DNA of 64,000 nucleotides from Pachysolen tannophilus NRRL Y-2460 (Eukaryota): the NCBI GenBank assembly GCA_001661245.1, contig KV454013.1, forward strand, positions 21,005-85,004. The letters run 5' to 3'. The notes below the pieces were generated by a model that saw nothing but the letters and a program-made list of their open reading frames with translations, was not told the DNA's origin and searched no databases. Both the position numbers and the translations under genes were made by a program. Positions 11,917 through 21,264 of the stretch are shown here, piece by piece (the first letter of the stretch is position 1; each line of letters begins with the position of its first letter).

Positions 11917-13944
11917 TTATAAAATTTTTTTGTTACTTTTATCATAATTTTGATCATTTCTAATATAACCATCTATTAACTTATCCCATAATTCTTTAAC
12001 TCCAATTCTTTTCTCAGAAGGTGGTAAATTAATTCTTTTAAATTTTTGGTAAATTTTTTCATATTCAATATTATTGATCAAATCACCTCCTAGAAACTTG
12101 GTGAAAATGAAGTCTTCAAAAATATTAACATTACTAGTATTTGAACTTATAATCAACTCAGAAAAATAATGGAAAAGTTTTTCTAATGAGATTGTTTTCG
12201 AAGTCATTTTTATTATTGTAGTTGTGTTATGATTGTCAATTATATCAAACGTTATTCCAGCAGGTAGTCTTTTGGAGTTTTTCAACTTTAATAACACCAA
12301 AAAAATCGGGAAATGATTAATAATAAGCATTGTACATTGTAACAAATCAACTAACAAAAAAATTGCTACTTTCAATGCAAAAAAAGAAACATAAAATGCA
12401 ACCACAGTCGGTAACAAATATATCAAGACAGTGAATATTATAATACCCAATAATAACTGATCAAAATCATAGTTATTTGAATCAATTCTATTCCTCAAAA
12501 TGTTATATTTCTTACCATAAAATAATTTGAATAACGATTTAATAATATTTAATTGCCAGTTATAAATTCTAGTGGACGAAAAATTGAATGAATAAATATG
12601 GAAACAGATAATATTGATAAAATCTAATAAAAATGATATCGTGAATGTCATCCCTCCAATTTTACCTAAATTAATAATGGTTGCAAAAAATAATCTCAAC
12701 ATTTTTAAATCAAATAATTTCAATATGAATTCTTGGTACCAAAATTGGATAGCCCATATATATAATCCACCAAGAAAATTTGATAATTCGTAATTTAATT
12801 TAAATCCAGCAGGATTATCCATCAACCATCGTAGTAACATCAAAATATCTTTATATAACAACGTATCAATGATTTGTTCTTTTAAAAAATTCGTAATTAT
12901 ATCTTTGAAATATATCAAATAAGGTCGTATTAAGACTGCTAGCAATATATCATTGAATACAAGCCATAATGAATTGTAAAATCTAATATACTCCAACGAA
13001 GAGTCGTATGATGGTAAGGATGGTTTTGAAACTAATGAGACCGTCTTCTGTTTAATGGCCATGAATTGAACTGGAAAGTTACAAATATATTGTAGTCTTA
13101 AATCTAATTGGAAACAAAAAGTCGATATTGTTACTAAATTTTTATTTTTTATGAATTCGTAATTTAAGATTTTCAAAAGAATCTCAAATACAATTTTCAA
13201 AGTAATTATAACAACCACTATGATTGGATTTATAGTATTTTGTGATATTTTTTGTAAAAAAAACAATGAATTTTCCATATATTTGTTGTTTAATATTCGA
13301 TTAACTAACTTATTTTTATTATGCTTCTTGATATTGTATGGTTTCACTTGTTCACCAATTTTCTTATAAATAACGTATCTTAGGTAATCAATTGAATTAA
13401 TTATATGTAATAGAAAATAAATATCTTGTTCTTGTCTTGATTCATGATATAATTTTCCATGGAACATTATCTTTTGCTTGTAATCATCTTTTTCCACATT
13501 ATCATCTTCCAGAGATGTCAAATCCAAAGCAAGTGCATGCATTGAGAAATATTCCATTTTCAAGGAATCTGGTGGTTCATAAACTAAAAAATTTACCAGA
13601 ATTCCATTATTTATTATTTCCGGGAATTTTAACTTTATGTTATATTTGAATTCTAGCAATTGTGGATCTAATTGGAAATTAATACTACCTAGAACAAACA
13701 ACTTGATAGTATTGGATTTAACTTGGTTATTTTGATCACTAATGTCAACATCTAATTCATAATCATGGGTTCCGTGCTTCAAAATATTGGACAATTCAAT
13801 TTTACTGACAAATGGGATCGTTGTTACAACAGCATAATTACCTTCTTTATCTGTGTAACCCAACACTATATATTTTTCATTATCTTGGTACAATGAACCA
13901 TCTAATAAATCTTGAGGATAATATATATTTAATACCATTGCCAT
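11917..13944 (-). CDS. GPI1: GPI-GlcNAc transferase subunit Gpi1 (PIG-Q)
   Basis: QLDLRLQYICNFP, YIRFYNSLWLVFND, WLMDNPAGFKLN, LFYGKKYNILRNRID, DQLLLG, LLPTV motifs. Confidence 0.93.
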   Translation of the reverse strand: MAMVLNIYYPQDLLDGSLYQDNEKYIVLGYTDKEGNYAVVTTIPFVSKIELSNILKHGTHDYELDVDISDQNNQVKSNTIKLFVLGSINFQLDPQLLEFKYNIKLKFPEIINNGILVNFLVYEPPDSLKMEYFSMHALALDLTSLEDDNVEKDDYKQKIMFHGKLYHESRQEQDIYFLLHIINSIDYLRYVIYKKIGEQVKPYNIKKHNKNKLVNRILNNKYMENSLFFLQKISQNTINPIIVVVIITLKIVFEILLKILNYEFIKNKNLVTISTFCFQLDLRLQYICNFPVQFMAIKQKTVSLVSKPSLPSYDSSLEYIRFYNSLWLVFNDILLAVLIRPYLIYFKDIITNFLKEQIIDTLLYKDILMLLRWLMDNPAGFKLNYELSNFLGGLYIWAIQFWYQEFILKLFDLKMLRLFFATIINLGKIGGMTFTISFLLDFINIICFHIYSFNFSSTRIYNWQLNIIKSLFKLFYGKKYNILRNRIDSNNYDFDQLLLGIIIFTVLIYLLPTVVAFYVSFFALKVAIFLLVDLLQCTMLIINHFPIFLVLLKLKNSKRLPAGITFDIIDNHNTTTIIKMTSKTISLEKLFHYFSELIISSNTSNVNIFEDFIFTKFLGGDLINNIEYEKIYQKFKRINLPPSEKRIGVKELWDKLIDGYIRNDQNYDKSNKKIL

Positions 13945-13950
13945 ACAAAT

Positions 13951-14319
13951 TCAGTAAAAGCTATCTCTCCTTCGGAGTTCTTCTGTGAAATTTATAGTAT
14001 TTGACGAATTTGGCTTAGTTAACTTATCATTAATGAACAATTTATTTATACTTATGAAAATGGACAAATATAGTAATGATAAAAAGAGTAAAACTTGAAT
14101 TACTCTGATTTCAGAATAAGTTTGATGATAATTTTTCAAGATAACATAAATTTGAGAACTCTCCCACAACACAAACTTGCAAAAAAAGCAAAAACAAGCA
14201 GAAAATAGAAAAACCTCTTTAAATTTAACAGAAAATCTTAATGATTTGAAATTATTGGATTTTGAAACTATATACGAAGTATGAGATTTCCTATCTTCGA
14301 TCTTGTTTAATATTATCAT
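13951..14319 (-). CDS. Putative 122-aa two-TM protein in frame with GPI1 (possibly a Gpi15/PIG-H N-terminal-like fragment)
   Basis: ATG-initiated 122-codon ORF in very AT-rich DNA with two hydrophobic segments; stop lies 6 nt before the GPI1 ATG in the same frame. Confidence 0.35.
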   Translation of the reverse strand: MIILNKIEDRKSHTSYIVSKSNNFKSLRFSVKFKEVFLFSACFCFFCKFVLWESSQIYVILKNYHQTYSEIRVIQVLLFLSLLYLSIFISINKLFINDKLTKPNSSNTINFTEELRRRDSFY

Positions 14320-14881
14320 AAACGGTTTCTTTGTTATTCTAGCCTTTTAATGAAAGAATGGAAAAGGTCTTGGAAATCAAACAAAACTTCCACTAATTAT
14401 AACTATTATTATTATTATTATTATTATTATAATTATACTAACCAAAGGTACATAACAAAACACGACAAGTCAATTATTAAAGATTATGGAAAAGTTGAAG
14501 TTACCTAATATCATTAACTAAATAGCAACCTGATCATTAGAATTCAATAATTGATTTCAACAATATGCTCTGCTCCATACTTAAGCGCTGTTAAAAACAA
14601 CTTCGCAATTGGTCACACGACTTTTGGTTTTTATTAGTTTTAGTCTTACAAGTTATTAAGAGTTAATCAAGTTTTATAATAGATGATGGATTAATAAAGG
14701 TATATAAATGTCCTATTGAAAGCTTTAAAACCACATAGATTATTTCCTTTTCATTTTTATTTGTTTAAATAAATCAAAACATTGGAAAATTAATTAACAT
14801 AAAATGGCAAACCAAGTAAAAGAGGAGGGATGGGAAAAAGAAAAAAAATTATATAACAAAGTTTATTCTATATTAACGTAA

Positions 14882-16062
14882 TTACCAAGCTTGAACTGTT
14901 TCGGCACCTGTTTCAGCCCAGTCAGCAGCTTCAGCTGGTTGGGTGCTCCAGTCAGCTTCAGCTGGTTCAGCTGTCCATTCTGCTTCTTCAGTGACAGCTT
15001 CGGTTTCTTCTTCAACACCTTCCTTATCTTCGGTAGTTGCTTCAACTTCTTCTGGGTCTCTGTAGAAATACAAATCTGGCATGATACTCCATGGTTCAGA
15101 TCTGTCTGGTAAAGAACCTCTTAATCTCAAGACTTCACGAGCCAATAAGTACCAGATTAAACCGATTGAGTGTTTACCTTTGTTATTACATGGGATAGCA
15201 ACATCAACAAATTCTGATGGAGAATCCATATCAGTCAAGGCAATGACTGGGATATTGACATATGATGACTCTTTGATAGCTTGGAAGTCAGTTCTTGGAT
15301 CAGTGACAATAACTAATCTTGGTTCTTTGAAAGAACGAGTGATATAGTTAGTAAATGAACCTGGAGTAAATCTACCAGCAATAGCAGTGGCACCAGTGTG
15401 GTTGGCGTATTTCAAAACAGCTCTTTGGCCAAATGTTCTTGAGGAAACAGCAACAACATCTTGGGAGTTTGGAATAGCAGCAATAATTCTAGCAGCTAAA
15501 ACAATTTTTTCCCAAGTTTTACCAATGTTGATAATATTAACACCGTCTGGTCTTGTCTTGTAGACATATGGTTCATTGTGGACCTAAATAAAAAAAAAAA
15601 AATGAAAAAAAAATTTTTGTTAGTAAAGTCTCACAATATGAAAAGATAAACACCAAAGCTTAGAATTTTTGAATTGGTTGATGAATTTTCAATAGCTGAA
15701 TAATAACTGTTCAACATTATTGTAATCATATCATGATATAGTTTTCAATCTTTTTTTTTCCACTTCAATAGCTTCATTTCAAGAGCTTTTTATTTGGTTT
15801 AAAATAGTACTCTTTATTCCAAATATAGCTTTGCTAGCTATACTTTTGGCTATTGCTTTCAATCAAACATTCAAACTATTTCTATTTCCCTCTTATTCTT
15901 CAACCGAAACAAAAAAAAAAAAAAAAAAATCTATGCAATGGTAATATTTGAATTATTTTTCATGGTACATACTTGAACGTTCTTAGCTCCCAAGTGAACG
16001 TTGGCAGCTAATAATAACTTAGCGTCTTCTGGAGTAAGATCAAATGAAGCAGGTAAGGACAT
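14882..16062 (-). CDS. RPS0: 40S ribosomal protein uS2 (S0), two exons
   Basis: Exon 1 16062-15973 ([30 protein letters not shown]); intron 15972-15584 (GTATGT, TACTAAC 15625-15619, TAG); exon 2 15583-14882 (VHNEPYVYK...RFTPGSFTN...); 263 aa. Confidence 0.97.
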
Positions 16063-16250
16063 TTTCTTTACTTCTATATTAATGATTTATAAATAATAAT
16101 CAATAAATATATTTGATTTCTGATAAATTTTTATTTGAAAAACTTTACCTTAGCGATACAGTTTCGAGCAGTTTAGCTACTTGTGAAAAGTTTAACGAAA
16201 TTTTTTTCCTATTTTTTTGAACTTTTGCACACGAATAAAAATGTTTTTAG

Positions 16251-16312
16251 CAGTCACAAACAAATCAAAACAAAAAAAAATTTACCATTGGGTTATTAGG
16301 GTACAGCCCTAA
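16251..16312. promoter_or_regulatory. Homol-D box and Tbf1-type palindrome in the RPS0 promoter
   Basis: CAGTCACA at 16251-16258; TTAGGG-TACAG-CCCTAA at 16296-16312. Confidence 0.7.
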
Positions 16313-17266
16313 TAAAACTTTAATCTAGAGGCAAGCCAACGCGCCCAAGGCCAAGAGAAAAACAAAACAAAATTGTAAAACAAAACACTACCGCAATCAC
16401 CCCTTTTTATAAGTAATACTCTTTTCTGTACACCCCTAAAAGAATAAATGATGGGGGAGGTATGATTATATTTTTATTCGGGAATCTACATCAGTAATTT
16501 TTTTTGGCAACTTGATCTCTAGAGGAGAAGTAAGTATGTGAGTATATAGTAGTATGGCTTTAATTAGATAGAAGCACAATTAGAAACTAAATATAATAAA
16601 AAAAAGCAATAATGTATCTACTTGAACAAACTGTTTTACTTTTTTTCAACATTTCTCTCCTTTGTGTCAATTCTTACAATACACAAATTAAAATTTTCCC
16701 TCAATCTAAGAAATGTTAAACTAGTGAGACCTCATATATTGTTTATTATTGAACTACACTGATCAGTTATCTTTTCAGATCACTTTAGTCAACTGTTTTC
16801 TTTTTCCTTTTTTTTAATTTTTTAATCCAGGTTAACACACTACACCATTGGCACCACCACCACTGCTATTTACACCACCATTTATACCACCTCCTGCACC
16901 ACTTCTTTCTCAACTTACCACAAGTCACATCCCACACCACTGGTAGCACATGTTTCGAGGCTTAATATAAAATTTAATAATAATTTAAACGCAGCGACAC
17001 TACTTTTTCCAATTTTTCGGTTATCGAGGCGCAATTGATCTATAGTTGATGGAATAGATAAAAATTCAAGGTGAAGAAGAAATCAGAACCGATTTTTTAG
17101 ATAACACAAATTAAAAACTTGTTTTAATTATTATTATTTATTATTTGTTTATTTCTATTTTATGTTTAGTTGTTGGTGTGGTATAGAGCATTAAATTAAT
17201 AAATGAAATAAGAGTGGCAATAATTTTTTTGATGAATTTAAATGAGAATATTGTTATTTATAGGTC

Positions 17267-19660
17267 ATGTATATCCCTCCAGAAGTTGTTGATAGTGATC
17301 AAGTGTCGCAAACCATAGATGATAATATTTGTTTGATTAAATCTTTTTTACAAAAATTTGTTTTCCATTTTAATGGTTCTAAAGATCCAGATTACTTGGC
17401 TTTGAAGCGTGCTTTATCTTTAAAATATGGTGCTTTAACACTTTTCGTCACTTTAATCGTTGTTTTGTTGTTACCAGTTTACAAATATTTAAATAATAAA
17501 GTATTATATAATCAATTTAGTAAAATCGCAAGAAGAATCAAAATTAACGCGTTAAGATATAATATCATCGTATTGAATTTATCAGTTATCAAGTTAATAA
17601 TATTTTGGACTTTGATCTTGGGGATATTAACGTTTGCTGAGTTACATCAAGATTTATTATTTTTAGCCAAAAGATTAGGAAGAGTTTCTACAGCATGTTT
17701 ACCAACAATATTATTTTTATCATTAAGACCATCCCCTTTACCAAATATGTTGTATTTAGCATTATTACCGATCCACAAATGGCTTAGTAGAATTATTGTA
17801 TTACAAGGTTTACTGCATACAATTATTTATTTATTATATTTTAATTTTAAAAACACATGGTCAAAAGCTTATAAAATAGAAAATATTTATGGAATTATTG
17901 CTTTACTAGGATTTTTGATAATTGCATTCACTTCATTGCCAATTGTAAGAAGATTAAATTATAAAGTTTTTTATATAAATCATTATATTTTCACATGGAT
18001 CATTGTGATATGCTTATTTTTCCATGCAAGACCAGGTATACCATATATTACAACATTAAATGTTGCAATTTTAATTTATCAAATTATTTATAGAATACGA
18101 AACACAAAGAAAACAAAAGTCGATGTGATTAATATTTCATCACATTTGACGTTGATCCTTATACCAAATAGTGCTATTTCACAAAAAAGTGGAGCTCCTG
18201 GATCTCATTTAAGAATAATCGATCATGATCCTTCCAAAAAATTTCAAAATATTATTAAAAATTATTTAATTCCAATGCAACATCCATATACAATAACTAC
18301 TTTACCTGTCGATAGTGTCCAAAAATTAATTGTTAGAAATTCAAATTTTAGATTTGATAAAAATAAAATATATTATGTAACTGGTGCATTTTTACCTCAT
18401 TTGGATTTCTTAACTCCAAGAAGAAAGGGAAATGCAAAATCTTTGTTATATAAAGTCAAATGTAAAAGATGTCTTATAGTTGTTGGTGGTTCTGCTATAT
18501 CATTTGCATTACCAATTTTGAGAGTTTTAAATTATAATGGATGCATTGTGAAAATTGTTTGGGTTGCAAGAGATATTGAAGATTTAAAAATTTTAAATTA
18601 TTTTGCAAATTCAATTATTGAAAATGATTGTTTAGATGTTTATGTAACTGGGAATTATGATGAAGAAACTAAAAATCTGTTTACTGCTGCTTTGATGAAA
18701 AAAAATAAATTGAAAAATACAAGAGATTTAAGAGGTGAATCAAAATTATTGTCTGGTGAGATTGATTTTAATAATGAATTTGATAATGGTAATCTGCCAT
18801 TATTGGAATCATCAAATCAAAATTATGGATCAACAAAGTTATCAGATAGTAGCATCAAGACTTTAACTCCAGGGAAAGGCAAAAAAAATGATTTAAATTT
18901 AAATTCAAATTCAAATTCAAAACATAAATGTTTTTCACCTTTACATAGAAAGAAATCTTTATGGTTTGGAAGAGATGAAGAAGAAGAATTAGAAAACATT
19001 GATGTTGATTTGAATAATGACTGTGATTATGATTTAAAAAAAAGTAGTACTAATAGTTCCACTGGTAATAATAGTGGGTCATCAAATACAATCCATAACA
19101 ACAACAGTAATAATAATAATAATAATATTACTGCTGGATTTGTTGATAATAATGAAATTGATTTTAATCAAGCTCAAAATATGGTATCAGATATAAGAAC
19201 AGATTCATCAAATAATCAAAATATGCTTTCATTATTACTGGATTTAGTACCAACAGTTAAAATTGATTTTGGAAGACCAAAATTAGGAAGTCATTATTAT
19301 AGTTGGTGTATTAATCAAACATGTATTGGACCACTTTTAGATTCTAGAAGTGGTGAAAATATTTGTTGTAAAGATATTCCATCACTTGTTACCAATGATA
19401 AGAAAAAAACAGGTTATAATAATAATAATAATACAAAGGATAAATTATTAAATTATAAAAAATCAAATGGAAAATTATTAGGTAATGATAAAAATGATGA
19501 ATTATACCTTAATGAGCATTTCATTAGAAATAAAAAAAAATATCAGATTAACGATGACGTTTGGGTTCTTGCAGCAGGTCCAACAGGTTTAGTAGATAAC
19601 GTTAAACTTTGGGCAAACGATTGTGGGTTTCATTTCCACGAAGAAAGATTTGGAGTTTAA
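17267..19660 (+). CDS. FRE8: Ferric reductase/NADPH oxidase family, Fre8/Aim14 type
   Basis: AKRLGR, LRPSPLP, HKWLSR heme-His region, HPYTI FAD motif, VVGGSAISF, C-terminal AAGP...FHEERF; divergent from RPS0 as recalled for FRE8-RPS0B in S. cerevisiae; FRE8 versus AIM14 is uncertain. Confidence 0.7.
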   Translation: MYIPPEVVDSDQVSQTIDDNICLIKSFLQKFVFHFNGSKDPDYLALKRALSLKYGALTLFVTLIVVLLLPVYKYLNNKVLYNQFSKIARRIKINALRYNIIVLNLSVIKLIIFWTLILGILTFAELHQDLLFLAKRLGRVSTACLPTILFLSLRPSPLPNMLYLALLPIHKWLSRIIVLQGLLHTIIYLLYFNFKNTWSKAYKIENIYGIIALLGFLIIAFTSLPIVRRLNYKVFYINHYIFTWIIVICLFFHARPGIPYITTLNVAILIYQIIYRIRNTKKTKVDVINISSHLTLILIPNSAISQKSGAPGSHLRIIDHDPSKKFQNIIKNYLIPMQHPYTITTLPVDSVQKLIVRNSNFRFDKNKIYYVTGAFLPHLDFLTPRRKGNAKSLLYKVKCKRCLIVVGGSAISFALPILRVLNYNGCIVKIVWVARDIEDLKILNYFANSIIENDCLDVYVTGNYDEETKNLFTAALMKKNKLKNTRDLRGESKLLSGEIDFNNEFDNGNLPLLESSNQNYGSTKLSDSSIKTLTPGKGKKNDLNLNSNSNSKHKCFSPLHRKKSLWFGRDEEEELENIDVDLNNDCDYDLKKSSTNSSTGNNSGSSNTIHNNNSNNNNNNITAGFVDNNEIDFNQAQNMVSDIRTDSSNNQNMLSLLLDLVPTVKIDFGRPKLGSHYYSWCINQTCIGPLLDSRSGENICCKDIPSLVTNDKKKTGYNNNNNTKDKLLNYKKSNGKLLGNDKNDELYLNEHFIRNKKKYQINDDVWVLAAGPTGLVDNVKLWANDCGFHFHEERFGV

Positions 19661-20974
19661 AAAAAAAAAGGGCAAAATGTAAAGTTATTTATTTAATATA
19701 TTATTATAATTTTAATACATCATCAAACCAGAAATATATTAAATATATGAAGTATATTTATTATAATTAGAATCTTATCTTAAAGAAGGAAAAAAAAAAT
19801 ATTGTTTTTCTAATAGTAATAAAATAAAATCTTGTTGCCTCATAACGGAACACTGATTTGGAATGAACCTAATAAAAAAATTAAAAATTATAAAAATTAT
19901 AAAAATAATAAAAAATTCAAAAGTTTCTTACACATCATTTCTGCAGATCAGATCCTTCTAGCTTAGGTCCTTTCGGGTTTAAGACTTTTAGTTAAATACC
20001 GTTGAACGGATAGAGAAACTCAAAAACAAAAAAAAAAAAAAATAGAAATAAAAAATTATGATTTGACAACTTTTTTCTTTTTTTGATTTTTGGACTTTTG
20101 GACTTTTGGACTCTCACTAAACTCAAAAAAATTAGAATAGTTCCGAAAACTATTTTATATTATTATTACTAAAGATCAATATTACCTTTGTGGCTCTTTA
20201 TACATCCTGACATTTCCTCCACCTTTCCCCCAAATGTTAAAAACAGAGACAACAACAAAATAATTATCAAATTATAAAATTCAACTACATACAAAACATA
20301 CATATATACATATACATAAATTTTTTTATTTATTTATCTCATAGCCAACAAATAATTATCAATTTATTTATTTATATTTTATATATACATTTCAATGAAG
20401 TTTTTAATTGATTCCTTTTAAATCTAATAATAAAGCTAACAAGTAGAAAAATGACTATGACTAATGTAGAGAACAAGCGCCCGCGATTATATTAGCGAGG
20501 CTCATCACGATATAATTTTCTAGTAATCTTAATAGTTAAATAAATAAATAAGTAAATAAATAAAAGAAAAACCTGCATTTACAATTGATGACATATACTA
20601 TAGAATTCATTGAATAGAATTAGAGATTGAACTCCCAATCATATCAAATAGTTGTTGTAGGATTTTTGTTAAGCGCGCATTAAGAACTTTTAGTTTTTTT
20701 TTGGTGGGCGGGCGTAACCATCTCTCACGGAAAAATAAAATTATAAAGGAAATAGCAGGAGAATAGTTTTTAAGTCATATTCACATAATTGGTATACATT
20801 TTTTTTTTTTTGTTTTTGATTTTTTAATTTTATAGATCATCAGTTAAGGTGTTGACAAGACGATAGAGTTTTGAATATAAAAATTATTTGATAAAGTTTT
20901 TACCATCTTTTCAAGTGTTTGTTGTGAGCAAATTTCTCATTAACAGGAAAATACCAGAAAAAGAAAAAATATAA

Positions 20975-21023
<49 letters not shown>

Positions 21024-21264
21024 TAAAAGAAGAAAAANAAAAAAAAAAAAAGAGAAAAAGTTTCTCTTAGTTTATATTAGCACAGGACGGTAGAAAGAGG
21101 CGGTTTATCTATCTATCTATATAGAGTAGAAATAAGGAATAGACATTAGATCCGTACTGGAGACTTTTTATTGTTGATGGTTATATTAATTCAAGTTTCC
21201 GATTAAGTCAGATCAAATTGATATTTTTTTTTATCAAGGTACTTTTTCCAAGACATAAAAAACA

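Noticed and set aside
15584..15972. Possible snoRNA in the 389-nt RPS0 intron
   Set aside because: No clean C and D box pair or rRNA-antisense element seen; a cmsearch is needed to exclude an H/ACA RNA
19962..19983. Hairpin CTTAGGTCC-TTTC-GGGTTTAAG with G-U pairs
   Set aside because: Isolated 9-bp stem with no C/D, H/ACA, Sm or tRNA boxes in a proper arrangement around it
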